Shown: positions 26,742 to 40,161 of the stretch, piece by piece
How positions within the stretch are numbered: position 1 is the stretch's first letter
How the letters are laid out: every line of letters begins with the position of its first letter
Source: Octopus sinensis
Lineage: Eukaryota
Assembly: GCF_006345805.1 (NCBI RefSeq)
Contig: NC_042998.1
Coordinates: 189,844,001 to 189,908,000, forward strand
DNA: 64,000 bases
Direction of reading: 5' to 3'
The notes under the pieces: model-generated
Database searches by the model: none
Seen by the model: the letters and a program-made list of their open reading frames with translations, nothing else
What the model was told of the DNA's origin: nothing
Translations under genes and position numbers: made by a program

Positions 26742-27369
26742 TCTTTTCTACTAAAGGCTCAAGGTCCGAAATTTGTGGGGAGGGGATTACTCGATTACAT
26801 TGACGTCCGTATTTCACTGGTACTTAATTTAAAGACCCCGAAAAAGGATGAAAGGCAAAGTCAACCTCGTCGGAATTTGAACTCAGAACGGAAGAACGGA
26901 CGAAGTACCGCTAAGTATTTCACCCGCTGTGCTAATGATTTTGCCAGCTCACCGCCTTTATAATAATAATAATTCTTTCTACTAAAGGCACAAGGCCTGG
27001 AATTTGCGGGGTGGGAACTAGTCGACTACACCGACCCCACTGTTTCACTGGTTCTTAATTTATTGACCCCGAAAGGATAAAAGGCAAAATCGACCTCGGC
27101 GGAATTTGAACTAAGAACGTAGTGGCAGACGAAATACCTATTTCTTTACTACCCACAAGGAGTTAAACATAGAAGGGACAAACAAGGACAGACACAGGTA
27201 TTAAGTCGATTATATCGACTCCAGTGCGTGACTGGTACATAATTTATCGACCCCGAAAGGATGAAAGGCAAAGTCGACCTCGGCGGGATTTGAACTCAGA
27301 ATGCAACGGCGGACGAAATACCATAAAGCATTTCGCCCGGAGTGCTAACGTTTCTGCCAGCTCGCCGCC
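26742..27369 (-). mobile_element. Three head-to-tail S1 SINEs (26742-26956, 26982-27136, 27137-27369) among (AAT)n runs
   Basis: Repeated gaaaggatgaaaggcaaagtcgacc...ggaatttgaact block seen three times. Confidence 0.9.
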
Positions 27370-27429
27370 TTAATAATAATAACAAGCTAACTAATTATTA
27401 CTTTCTGGAAACTATATATTACAAGCTAA

Positions 27430-27560
27430 ACTGTGTCACTTAGGGATGTGCAATATTATTCATGGGGAGGGGACAGGTAGTTAATACCGAAGGCATCCAA
27501 TTACCAGATGATCAGACATTAAAGTCATTGAAAGATACAGTACAGCGTGGGTGTTGAAAC
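27430..27560 (+). mobile_element. Short RLE-LINE RT relic
   Basis: Reads GQVVNTEGIQLPDDQTLKSLKD, like the region preceding YKYLG in R4-type RTs. Confidence 0.45.
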
Positions 27561-27754
27561 AGCTTGGTACCTACTGACAGCTAGGTAGACTGGGCTGATG
27601 AAGGTGAATAGTCATGGATACAAAACAGAATTATACCAAACCATATTATTTACTATATTTATGTACAGTTGAGTAGAAGGGACTATTGATAATCAAACGA
27701 CTTGAACATGGACGTAGGACAGGACAGAATACTACTCTATGCTACACTGACACA

Positions 27755-27824
<70 letters not shown>

Positions 27825-28007
27825 TATATATATACTTAGTGCTTGGTGGACTAAACTGTTGCTATTTACGCGTCTTTGCCACTGAAACGGTTTACTGAGT
27901 CATATAGCACTGTAGTATCTACTTACAGTTAATTGGTTGGCTTTTGATGGTTACGTGTAAATGTCATGACCATCAATATCGTACAGTAGCTTATATCACA
28001 CTGAAGT

Positions 28008-28390
28008 GGAGGCGCAATGGCCCAGTGGTTAGGGCAGCGGACTCGCGGTCATAGGATCGCGGTTTCGATTCCCAGACCGGGCGTTGTGAGTGTTTATTGA
28101 GCGAAAACACCTAAAGCTCCACGAGGCTCTGGCAGGGGATGGTGGTGATCCCTGCTCTACTCTTTCACCACAACCTTCTTTTACTCTTACTTCCTGTTTC
28201 TGTTGTACCTGTATTTCAAAGGGCCGGCCTTGTCACTCTCTGTGTCACGCTGAATATCCCCGAGAACTACGTTAAGGGTACGCGTGTCTGTGGAGTGCTC
28301 AGCCACTTACACGTTAATTTCACGAGCAGGCTGTTCCGTTGATTTGGATCAACCGGAACCCTCGTCGTCGTAACCGACGGAGTGCTTCCA
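28008..28390 (+). mobile_element. tRNA-derived SINE, family S2, with ~11-bp TSD
   Basis: ggaggcgcaatggcccagtggttagg...ggtttcgattcc head; atatcacactg on both sides. Confidence 0.92.
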
Positions 28391-28811
28391 TATCACACTG
28401 TGGTGTTGTGAAGAAACAACAGTGTCTACAAACAGTCTTTAATAACTACTATGAAATATTTCGAAATTACATCTATAGTGGAAATGAAAATTTGTGCAAC
28501 AAAAATAATCAGTTTAGAAAAGTAACAATTTAATACCTGATTTATTTCCGACAAGGATTACAACAGAGATGAAGGTGTATAGTTTAAATGAAGATTATTT
28601 CCTCTTCAGGCTTTGGAGTATTCATGTGTTGTGTAATCATCTATACAAGCGAAATAAGAAAATTTTCTTTAAGACGGGATTCAATCGAATTGTCTCCAAG
28701 ATAACAAGATTTGTTTGTAGTTCAATCAATTTCTTGGGTCGTATTATGAAATAACTTTAGAAATAATATTTCTGAGCAATGAACAATTTCTGAATTTAAA
28801 CGTATAATGAT

Positions 28812-28990
28812 GGTTTCAGATTTTGGCACAAGAGCAGCAATTTCGGGGGAGAGGGAATGCCGATTACAACAACCCCAGTGTTCAACTGATACTTATTTTA
28901 TTGACTCCAAAGAGATTAAATGAAAATTCGACCTTGGTAGAATTTGAACTCAGAACGTAAAGACAGACGTAATGGCGTTAAGCATTTCCC
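28812..28990 (-). mobile_element. Decayed S1 SINE
   Basis: gaatttgaactcagaacgtaaagac block shared with S1. Confidence 0.7.
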
Positions 28991-29904
28991 CCGCCAAGAC
29001 TTAAACATATATTTCTTCTGCATTAAGCAGTATATAAAAATACAGATTCAACAGATTCATGCCGCAAATAAATAATTTTTGAGTAGGCTCAAGGCTCTTT
29101 TAGGAAGAGATATGATCTATCGTTCAGTCCCATTATATTATTGGTATTATGATATCGATCACATAAAGATGAAAGGCAAGTATGACCTTATTGTCGAATA
29201 CAATCAAAAATGTGATACAGTGAACTTTATACAATAAATTCTAAGAACTAATTGATATCATTTACACCACCTTCAACATCCTAACGTTTAGATATAAATA
29301 AATGAGACCCATGATATCTATTAATCATTTAAATCTTCACGAGATATTGAATATGTGTTGATCCAAGTTCAGTCCCGATAATTTATGGAGGCCAATTGTA
29401 TGTAGTTGATGAAGTTAGCGATAGAATTCAGATGTTCTAATAAATATGAATTGATTTAATAAATAGACAAACAGTGGTGGAAAACATAATAAACACACAT
29501 AAATAGGCATGAATCTAAGCATGCGTAATATTTTTCAATTACTTTCTATCCTTATCTCCATATATATACGTATATATATGTGTGTGTATGCGTGCTTATG
29601 TATATGTATATATACTGACATTTATACACCTATATATATGCATATACTATATGTATTATTACATATAAATATGAATACAGATTCACGCACATATGTACGC
29701 ATACCAGTGTATGTATATGTGTGTGTGTGAATGCATGTATATATGAAGCAGGCGGAAAGATACATAGCGATATTTCGAATAAACATTTATATACTCAAAA
29801 TTGTCTATATTTTCAACTCAGTTCAATGTATTATTAATGAAGTTGTACACAATACGCATTCTCGAGTCAGGTTGATGCAGTAATTCTGTTTTTGCTGTAC
29901 TTAC

Positions 29905-29992
29905 AGAGAAGCCAAAGTTGATACAGTTCTATAATGATAACGTGAACGTGCTTGCATACTGGGTTCATCTTCTACAAAAGACCTACATACAT
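29905..29992 (-). CDS. Candidate 88-nt coding exon C ((D)VCRSFVEDEPSMQARSRYHYRTVSTLAS), product unknown
   Basis: Acceptor ...tgttgtttgcag|, donor tct|gtaagt; only one open frame (phase 1 to 2); 24 of 28 codons end in A/T while positions 1-2 are about 50 percent GC. Confidence 0.5.
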
Positions 29993-30248
29993 CTGCAAAC
30001 AACAGTTAACACATAGTTATATATTTAGCTTCAAGTTTTGGTTGCAATTTGGGAATGTTGTACAATTTGCCATTATATTTGCACTTAGTACCGTTGTTTG
30101 AAGGTCTTTTGGAACATAGCAAAAGACCACTCGACGGTGTGCTAATATGAAAATGGACACAAGTGTTAAAAACCTTTCTGAGATCAACAAATCTTATGTT
30201 CAGGAGCTGATCCGCTTTGCACAGTTCTTCTGAATCTGTCTTACCCTC

Positions 30249-30341
<93 letters not shown>

Positions 30342-30360
30342 ATGTATGTATGTGTATATA

Positions 30361-30445
<85 letters not shown>

Positions 30446-30447
30446 GT

Positions 30448-30496
<49 letters not shown>

Positions 30497-30599
30497 ATGT
30501 ATGCAGTCTTATAAACCTTTTTTTGTCTCCATAAAAAGAGGCAAAAATTACTTCTCGTATATATATATATATATATATAATATATATACGACCTCGAAC

Positions 30600-30825
30600 C
30601 CAAAAGAGTAAACAAGAGAGGTAGAGACAGGCAGAAATATGGAAAAAATGTCCCTAATATTTGAATACTATGCAAATATTCTTTTAAAATCTTTTCTTTT
30701 AATTTTTACAAAATTTAATTGTTTTCCATACTTACAGTTGAAAAAGTCTCAATGACTGAAACTGGTACAGAAATGTTCTTTATAAAATTATTTTAGCATT
30801 TTCTACCTTTACTTTTTTCATATAT
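30600..30825 (-). repeat. Second copy of the unclassified ~220-bp repeat
   Basis: Reverse complement matches 20722-20940. Confidence 0.8.
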
Positions 30826-31000
30826 ATATACGGGTGTGTGTGATTGTGTATAGAAGAATATATTAATAAAAGGAATTCCAACCTTGTCTGATTTTTACGT
30901 TTTATTTACAATCTTATAATGATATAATGTAAGATAATATAATATAATAAAATAAAATAAAATAATAGAATGTTAAATATTCATTCTGATTGAACTAGTA

Positions 31001-31057
<57 letters not shown>

Positions 31058-31229
31058 ACCGCTAAAAGAAAATGGAGGGGATAGAAAAATGACATACATC
31101 AGCGGTAGACATTCTATTATGTTTATTTATTCCAAAACAAAAGGGAGTATTATAAGAATACATACACATGCAAAGACTGTGTGCTACACAAATATATACT
31201 AGTAATACATGAAAGAGTAAAAGATTTAA

Positions 31230-31527
31230 AGATCAGTTCCTTACGGCCGTTTCTGTCAAGAGGCCACGATATCCTACATGCTAGCTCCATTGTTCTGTAG
31301 GAAGGGGTAGATAAAGTTTGGATGTTGAGTCTGCCTCTAGACACATTCAACATCCAAACAACCCATGTCTCACTTTCATAGGGCAACGATGGCAGGACAC
31401 GAGCTATAAACCTCAACTTTAATTTGGAAAGATAAATTATGGCCTGACCAGAGACGCTTGTCAAGCTTACCAAAGTCACTAGTGGCCTCGCTGATTCTAT
31501 ACGAAATTTCATCATCAAGACCAATAG

Positions 31528-31530
<3 letters not shown>
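31230..31530 (-). mobile_element. RTE-clade LINE relic
   Basis: KLRFIARVLPSLPYESETW resembles RTE KLRIY..VLP.LLYGSETW. Confidence 0.65.
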
Positions 31531-31559
<29 letters not shown>

Positions 31560-32399
31560 CATACATACAGTATGACATCATTTTATGTTCTATTGTACTT
31601 TCGTTTCAGTCATTATTATACTTCATTATATTATTGCACTCATGAATTCATTTCATGTTTATCGATCCCTTTCCTAAGATGCTTTTCGTGTAAAGAATGT
31701 TCTCTATATATCAAAAGTATTTGCTTTTACTACTCCTATACGATTAGGTCCGCCCACAACACTCGCTCTTCGTGTTGCCTTTCTTGGATATATACATTCA
31801 GTCGTCGGCTTCCGTGTTATCTCAGGAACATCAAAATACAGTCGAGGTTTAAATTAATATATTTTCTCCGTTTAAAACATATTGTATATATTACTGAGGC
31901 GTTGGCATTTTGATAGTTTGATGAAAAATATTTCATATATCTGTATGTACATATGAGGGTGCATGACCTAATGATTACAGAGTTGCACTCATGATCTCGA
32001 CATAATGGTTTAAATTTCTGCACTGGGTTGTACGTTTAGTTCTTGAGCAAAACAATTCATTTCGCGTTCTTCTGCAATAATTTTGGCACCTGACGTCTGG
32101 TAAAGCGTGCACCTTTTCAGGCAACTTCTATTTCATGGAAGAAGTGAGCTAATGTAAAATGCATGCATTTGATCACTATAAACAAATCATTTGTGAAATG
32201 ATTTGTGTATGATGATTAAATGTATGTGTTGTACGTTAGCTACCTCACTCCATCAAATCGACGCTGCCTGAAGAGGTGCGTGCAGGTCGTTCAAGCAAAA
32301 ATACAGACGTTGTCTTTGATGGGAGATTTCATAAAGACGTATTCGCGCGCGCGCACACACACGCGCGCATGTGTGTGTGTGTGTGTTCGGGCAATATTT

Positions 32400-32660
32400 G
32401 ATATTTTGAGTAAAAGTAAAAACAATATCCCATCCAAAGTATTTTTAAAATAGCCAAAATTATCAATTAGATTATGACTGGAAGATAACAGCTTATTCAA
32501 AGTAGTTGTTCCTGCTTCCCTCACAGCCTCGGAAAACGGATGCATACGTTCCTCAGTGTGTCCCTGAGCATATCTTCGAACACCTCTTTGATCTTAGTTA
32601 CTAGCTCCACCTTGGTGACTGCAGGCAGAGCTTTTGGTGTATTTCTCAACGTGCGGAAAG
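32400..32660 (-). mobile_element. Tc1/mariner transposase C-terminal relic
   Basis: Reads TKVELVTKIKEVFEDMLRDTLRNVCIRF, like the Tc1-family C-terminal helix region. Confidence 0.5.
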
Positions 32661-33107
32661 TTCTAAGGTCGCATTGAAGAAAATTGGGGCGATAATGGGG
32701 TAGCGGTTCATGTAAAAAGTGGGGTGATAATGGAGTAGTGATTCATGTAAAAACAACAAAATAACGGGTTCATTAGGTTAAATTGTATTTGTGAAATACA
32801 GTTGCTTTGAATTTGCTTCAGAAAGAGGTCTATGTTTTTGTGATGGTTAGCTGGGGTGGGGGAACTAGGCCTGGATGTCAAGGACTCGGCAGCCCCAAAC
32901 AAGTTTGGGAACCACTGATTTAGATCATTACATTCATTGGCTTACTGCTGTTTCTGCGATGAAGAACTGTGCACCCATTAACAAGACGTGTTCAGATGAA
33001 GAACAATGGTTTGATTCTATAGTCTCACAAGCACACGTATAAATTATTCAGATACACACACACATATATACACACACACAAATACATGAACATATGCATT
33101 ATTATTA

Positions 33108-33139
<32 letters not shown>

Positions 33140-33150
<11 letters not shown>

Positions 33151-34610
33151 GCCTTTGCACAGCTTCTAACGCTGGAGATGGACTACGGTGTCAGCTGTTC
33201 ACTACCAGTGAACTAAGGTAACACCTCTTATTTTTCGAGCACCTTCCGGAGCATTCGAGTGGATCCAAACAGTACTGTTTTCTGCAAGTGCTCCACCCTT
33301 ATTGTAGCCCCTATTTATTCCATGTACTTCTCAAGATTTTTACTCACTGTTCACAGGGCTCCGACAATTATTGGTACTACTACCACCTTTTTCATCGACC
33401 ACCAATTGCTTAACCTCCCAAGCTAGCCTATCATACCTATCTTCTTTTCTTTCTTCCTTATCGCATACCTTGTTGTCAGCTGGGCATGCTATATATATGA
33501 TCCAGCAGAGTTTGTTTTCTTTCTCAATTAAAACTATATCTGGCATCCTATTCTCTATCTCATGGTCGCACTGAATCATAAAACCGATAGGATCTTTGCA
33601 TTTCTATTTTCGACGTTGCCTTCAGGCTTGTTTGTTTATTCTGCTCTGTCAAGTCCATACTTGTTGCAAAGTGTCCAATGGACAAGCCTGTCTATATTGT
33701 CGTGGCGTCTCTTATATTTTTACTGGGCTAGTGGCGTACATTGTCTGGTAATATGCCATACGGTTTCACCGTTTTGTCTACAAATTCTGCACTTATCACT
33801 TTCTGATGTGTTGTCTATACTGTATTTTATGTAGTTTGTTTTTAGTGCTTGCTCTTGGGCAGCACCGATTAGAGCTGCCGTTTCCGGTTTTAAATCACTT
33901 TTAGTCATACACAGCCATTTGTTTTCTCTGTCTGTCTTACCTTCAACATCCCTATGAAATTGTCCATGCATTCTTTTCTTTATCCACCTATTTTCGGTTT
34001 CGTTCATTCTCAAGACCTTGTACATTGCTTTATCTTTGCATTCTTCCATTCTACACAAGCTTGGCCTTCTTACTTCCAACAATATCGGTTCCGCAGCACT
34101 TTTTACATACCATGCTATGTTGTTTTCTACTCTACTAATGCTGTGTTCGCATCCAATAAGTCCTCTTCCCTCTTTTTTTTCTTGGTACATACAGTTTGTC
34201 TTGTCACTTTTTGGTTGGAGTATCCTATATCTAGTTAGCAACTTCCTCGTCTTTCTTTGTGTCTAAGCTGTTTAGTTCGTCTACTTTCCATGTGATTACC
34301 CCTGGTTTTGATAGCTTCAATCTTATTCTGTCTGTTAAATTTCAACTTAAGGATCAGTTTCAGTCTGCGTAAGTACTCAACCTTATAATTTTCTGTCATT
34401 TATTTCTCCATCAATTTATCCATTCTCAACATCCCCAAGTACTTAAAGGAGTGAAACCGCCCACGTGTTGATAGTTTCGATCTTATTCCGTGCGTTTAAT
34501 TTCGACTTGAGGATCAATCTCAGTCTGTGCAAGTACTTCACCTTAAATTTTTCTGTCATTTCTTTCTGTCATAACGGTACCGTTAGCCCATCCATACATT
34601 TGATTTTGAC
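33140..34610 (-). mobile_element. R4/Dong-like RLE LINE, 5'-truncated, degraded (family alpha tail)
   Basis: MHGQF...LKPETAALI.AAQEQAL...CRIC...HIT..C Zn knuckle and PDIV...D/YIACP...K..RY endonuclease; ends in an (AAT)n run on its own strand. Confidence 0.9.
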
Positions 34611-34642
34611 CCTCTTCAAGACTAACACACCTATTATTATTA

Positions 34643-34676
<34 letters not shown>

Positions 34677-34679
34677 GTG

Positions 34680-35191
34680 TGAGAGAGCAGTTCATGCCAT
34701 CAAAGTGAGACTGGGGTAAAATATATGAAGTCAAGCCTACCCATCATGACTACCTATCAGATAAGGCTACACCAGGCTCATGGGTCACAGCTATATCTGC
34801 GCGATATGGTGATCTCATATCAAGATAAATAGCGTATGACCTTGCAGGTGGGGGCCCAGTTAGAATTTTCTTCAGGTAGAGTAGCCACCTGAATAAAGGT
34901 TGTTCAAGGATGTTGAACGAAGAAACACCCATGTTTCCAGAGGCAAATTGTTCAAACCTCAAAGAATTCCTCTCGACGTATGGCTATGATTCTCCTCCAC
35001 TACTCGTGATCAGAGACGTACATATCATCAGCCACTAAAGGGACATGATTAACTCGTTATGGTCAAACAACTGACAAGCGAAACTGGTATTGGGGAGTAT
35101 ATTTGCTGTAAACAGATTGTATACTGAGACAAAACATGTACATGTTAACACTTCTAAATCAGTTAAGATCAGAAGCCATGTGAGCCAATGC

Positions 35192-35192
<1 letters not shown>
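34680..35192 (+). mobile_element. ~540-bp non-coding interspersed element bounded by trinucleotide microsatellites (copy 1)
   Basis: Paralogues at 46899-47453 (inverted) and 50258-50787; own orientation unknown. Confidence 0.85.
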
Positions 35193-35233
<41 letters not shown>

Positions 35234-37320
35234 TCGTTATTATTATTTGCAAGCAAGTGGCAGATACAATGCTACCGGCTGAAAGCTCCTAATATCGGAT
35301 ATTAGCGTGTTTATGGAAAGAATATTCTATTCAGCCACAGTAAATTTGTAACTCAAATAGGTTAATCCAAATAGGTTAACTGTCCACTTTGACATGATGA
35401 TCTCGCATGTGACTAGTACTTATCTGTTGCTCTACCAGTTCTGCCATTCAGTCTTCTTTCGGTTAAAATAATACTTTAGTGGGAAGTAGCACGTCATTCG
35501 GCAGAATTTAGTAGAATTCATAAAGAATTCATGTTGAATACTCTGTTACCGTATTGATTTCAGTCTAGAAATTCATATTGAAATTATTTTCAAGGACGAT
35601 AAACTCGCTAGATCGATATACAAAATGGTAGTAGTTGCTGTTTCTTTGCGTTATATGTTCAAAACCGGTCAACTATAGCTTTTCTCTTTTTACCGCTTTT
35701 TCACAGAATGAATGTCAGCGTCCTTTTTTTGCTGGTCTTTTCTTTTTCGGTGCCTCCGAGATTTATTCTTGATCAGGTAGTTATCCTGAAACCGGAAACG
35801 TGATCGACCCAAATGCTTTCCCATGAGAATGCTCCTCTAAAATTATCCAAGTATTAGGTAAGGCAACGGATTAAGTCAGAACACCGGAACAAATATCATA
35901 AATTATCGAATCCAATGCTCAAACAAAAGACCCAATCCATCGTTCCGGACCGGTACTTTATATCACCGACTTCTAGGATGAAAAGCGAAGCTGACCTTCG
36001 CGAAGTTTGATGTCAGCGTACAGAGGGCCGGATCAAATACTGAACGTCAAATTATCTTACGCTCTTCAGCCATTTCGTAGCCTTTTTCATTCTCTTAACG
36101 GTTGACTACATTCTTTCCTTCAAATTTGACTTTTTATTTATGTTTCTAATTAATATGGGTATTCGTTAATCGTCGAAACACAACTTAAGTTTGACTGACT
36201 GAGCAAACCTGTGATCAGAGGTATTGAAAACGCCAATGTCTTGCCTTTGCAATAAGACTATAAAACAGACCGGATGGTTACAGATGGAACAAATATGAAC
36301 ATAGATATGTTCGATCGCGGCTGACTCGGGGTTCGTCGTCAACATCAACAAGGGTGATGACATTCTTGAGAAAGAACGTTTTCAGAGAAAAAGCATAAGA
36401 AGAATCAGTTTGCTTCACAGGTGTAAAAAGTCATGATGTTAAATTCCGAACCAGACTGTAGCAGTTCATGAAAATGAATTGAAGACAAAGAAATGTCATT
36501 AGGTTGCAAATACTTTTCTTCTTTTTTTCCCTTTCTCTCTTTCCTCTTCATGAAACCTTTCTCCGTATTCTCTCCCCTAAGCTAATGACCTTTAGCTTCA
36601 TAGTTCCATGCTAAATTCTCCGTTGCTTTATTGTTATTTGTTATTTTTGATGTTTGCATCTTAGCTTGGTTTTGCTCTATGCATTTGCGCATCTCTACAT
36701 TTACTTGCATTTATTTGCTTTTTTTTTGTTTTTGCTGTTTTCTTTTCCCAAGTGATAGAGGCAACGAATGTTCTGGATGTTCTGGCTGACTGATTGAAAG
36801 TGGAGAATTATATTAGAAAGGCAAGGACAAATCTGAGATGCAATGGTTTAGCAATACAACACTGATTAAATACATAAAACCCTTTTATTGATATTGATAA
36901 TGTAAAAGGTCAAACGGACTTAATGGTGCCAAAGTAACTTGAGGATTCTTATCTGGAAGCTATAATGGTAATGGATTGCTCTGGTAGATGTATTTCATGA
37001 TTAGTAGATTTAATAAAACGAGAAAGCTATTACTGCTGTTGATAATGCTGATTGTGATGCTGGTACTGAAACGACTGCTACTACTGAACAAGAAAGTTAT
37101 AAATACTGTCTTTAAATCAGAAGAAGATAGACAGTATGGGAGTTCGTAAAGTTTTCATCATTCAACTATTCTTAGGTTATAGCAGCAATTTCTTTCCCTC
37201 GTCAAATTACTTTGTGCTCAGGAAATTACTGTATTGGATCCAGTCAAGATAGACATATATAGAAATTTCATGAATGTTGGGAAACAGAACCTCAATTAGC
37301 AATAATAATTCGATAATACT

Positions 37321-37339
37321 TGGCCACTAGATGGCAGTA
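37321..37339 (+). promoter_or_regulatory. CTCF-like binding motif TGGCCACTAGATGGCAGTA
   Basis: Matches the core consensus CCASYAGRKGGCRS at every position, in apparently non-repeat DNA. Confidence 0.55.
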
Positions 37340-37829
37340 GCATTACACGATCAGAAAAATGTGATTGTACTTCAATTGTGAATATTGTACGCTTACATAG
37401 ATACGCGTAATGTTTGTATATGTACATATACATGTACAATATGTTTCCGTGTTAATTGCATGAGGTCTTCCTATAAGAAAGAAGCTGGTATCTAAGAAGG
37501 AGACGAAGCTCCATCCCTGGATTACAAAACGTTGAATTTTTGAAAATCTTTGTATATTTTTACCATTCTGCTTAACGCATCTGAAAACTGCGTGTTGGCT
37601 GGTTAGTATCTTGGCTTGAAATTCCCAGTTAGTAAGTAGTATTTAAACATTTACTAGGACAACGAAGTGTATAAATTATTATTTATAAAGTGAATTTATA
37701 ATCTGGGTAGGGATGAAATTTCGAAGTAGTCTTCTGTGTCTCTAATTTTAGAAGAAATATCCATATCTCAAGTGCATCTGAACTTAACCATACAATATTT
37801 TTCTTTTTCATCTTGAACGGAATTGCTGG

Positions 37830-38075
37830 ACTAAATCTTCTCTCCATCGTCGTGGAGGTCTACCAATTGGCCTTTCCCGATCTCATGGGGTTATACCTTC
37901 TACTCGGCAACTGCATGGATCTAACTGTTATCTGTGAACCATATGACATGTTCGATCCAGCAGAACTTGTACTTTCGGTACTTTTCAACCACATTGTTAA
38001 CTTCGCACTGTTCTCGAATGATCTCATTTCGAATGCGCTTTCTTAGTGATGTACCTAGCATGGATCTTTCGAAGG
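37830..38075 (-). mobile_element. RTE-clade LINE 3' relic
   Basis: FERSMLG.SLRKRIRNEIIR...GRPPRRW. Confidence 0.75.
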
Positions 38076-38266
38076 TCATAGATATATATATTATTATATT
38101 AATGTGTCTGACTGATTAAAATTCTATTTATTTGTGCAGCTGAGGATAGCCCTGCATTTAAATTGATGTAATGTTCGCATTGTTCAATTAAATGGGTCCG
38201 CTTGAAACGATCGAACTGCATCACTTCTTTGTGTTCTGTTGCTTATTTTGATGATGCATATACACA

Positions 38267-38418
38267 CAGTGGGGTGCAAAAGTAGGTATACAGTAAGTAT
38301 CACATCAATGTTATAATACTTAATTCATTAAAATTATTAGCACATTAAATTAGTTAGCCTCATTTTTGATAAATGAGTATTGTACATGTTTTTTTTTTCA
38401 TTATTTTGCACCACCCCG
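38267..38418. mobile_element. Short Tc1-like non-autonomous element
   Basis: Left end cagtggggtgcaaaagt, right end ttttgcaccaccccg followed by TA; inverted repeats imperfect. Confidence 0.4.
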
Positions 38419-38844
38419 TATATATATGTATGTATGTCAAGCCGAATTGTGTTGTCTGCATTACTTCCATATCAGCTCGTTCTGGATTTTGTCTTATAAG
38501 CTCTCTCGTCACCGTGGGCCCTGCCTTGGATAAAAGGTTCGGAGTTTAAGTTCAAGTTCCTTTGAACATCAATACATGTTTTATATACTGAGCATATCTC
38601 TCTCCTCCTATCTCACTCTGTCTGTCTGTCTCTCTCACTCTCTCTTTCTCTCTCTCTCTCTCTATATTTATATATATATATATGCACATACACATATATA
38701 CACATATTATATATACATATATGTGTGTATGTGTGCATGTGTGCACATACATAAATTTATGCATGCGCTATATAATGACTATAGGAATAAAGTCGTTGTC
38801 AGAACATGCCTCTGTGCGAGTGGTAACGATCACTCTGCACTAAC

Positions 38845-38864
38845 CTGCTGCCTTGTGGATAAGT
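38845..38864 (-). CDS. Candidate 20-nt microexon B (LIHKAA)
   Basis: Acceptor ttttgtctttctag|, donor cag|gttagt; phase 2 to 1 supplies the G of the Asp codon that begins exon C. Confidence 0.35.
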
Positions 38865-39430
38865 CTAGAAAGACAAAAGTTAGCGTAGTAGACTCTGAGA
38901 GAAAGACAAATGGTTGAGGTTAACCCGAGGCCAGTTTCTCGTAGACTGGATTCTCATAGACTGGATTCTTTGCAAGATTCTGCAACTGGAAGGAATTACC
39001 AGTTCATTTAGGTTGCCCTTCCTAGTGGATATATTCCCATCACGGTAAATATAATGGCACTATGAGATATGAATCCTCACTACCTATATAAATCATTATT
39101 GTGCGGGTTTCTTGTTTTTAAATAGAGTGGTAGATCTTGGATCTCAAGAGCTGGCGCTATAGTTGTGGCGTATCTATCCATATTAGGAATTCATTCTACC
39201 GGCAGATTTAACTTCGCAAGACTTGGCAACATAACAGCCCTCTTTTGATTAAATCCCAAAATTTCTTGAATAAACCAGTGCGTCAAAATCTAATGAACAA
39301 ATTTTCTTGTTGGTATTTAGACAAGAACAACTGTTAAAAATGACATACCAATTCTTTTGCTTAACAAAGGACCTTCTATGCGAGATAGTGCGGGAGTTGA
39401 ATGTGGATATAGACCTGTCCGAGTCAGACG

Positions 39431-39615
39431 CCATGATAGATCGTTAGCTACTACACACATTTTTTTCTCTCCTTATTTTTTTCTGTGTATCTCTGTAGAA
39501 GAGCGTAGGCTCGAAATGTAAAAACTTTTTCTATTCCTGAGCGCTATACTAATACATCTATTTGTTTGTACACTACCTGCCTTCGTCTTTTGTTTATTTT
39601 CGTAAACTTTCCCTT
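39431..39615 (+). mobile_element. Penelope-terminal-repeat-like unit with hammerhead-like motif (copy 1)
   Basis: ctgtagaa-gagc-gtag-gctc-gaaatgta; paralogues at 45490, 60905 and 61113. Confidence 0.6.
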
Positions 39616-39651
<36 letters not shown>

Positions 39652-40161
39652 CACATGTTACTGGCTTAACAAGATAATGTAGTGACAAATACGCTATGTC
39701 TGAAAAGAAATATAGGCAGTATGATGTAGGGTGGAACATCTTTCATTATAGGTCTGTTTGATCAGAGTCAATCTACGGCTACACAACAATATAACAATAA
39801 CAACATATGCTGCTCGATAGAAAAGTTTCTACATATTCTTATTGTCAAGGCTGTGAACGATTTGCTGAAAATACTTTTTGGTTTTTCTTTCACAGGAATC
39901 AAAACGTCTTCAAGTTATATCATAAACAGCTAAAAACAGAAATACACAACGATCGAATAACTTCTAGTTCAAGTTAGAACTTATAAATAATGGCTAGAGT
40001 AACATTCCTTCGTAACTTCAAAAATCTAAAAACGTCAACAGGTTTGGCCAGTTGATCAACCGATCTTTCTCCTCTTCGGTGTAGGACAATAGCCATTATT
40101 TAGACACTAAACATATGAGCTAATACGAACCACTCGACCTTATTGTTTCTAGACTAATATG

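Noticed and set aside
28008-28080. tRNA-like sequences at SINE heads (also 5664, 40470, 23950)
   Set aside because: They lack a complete acceptor stem and continue into SINE bodies; not tRNA genes.
32903-32917. hAT-like terminus (reverse complement CAGTGGTTCCCAAAC)
   Set aside because: No matching opposite end or TSD found.
39662-39699. 38-nt minus-strand exon-like segment with a strong acceptor (IAYLSLHYLVKP)
   Set aside because: Its only open frame (phase 1 to 0) does not fit neighbouring candidates, and the donor is weak.
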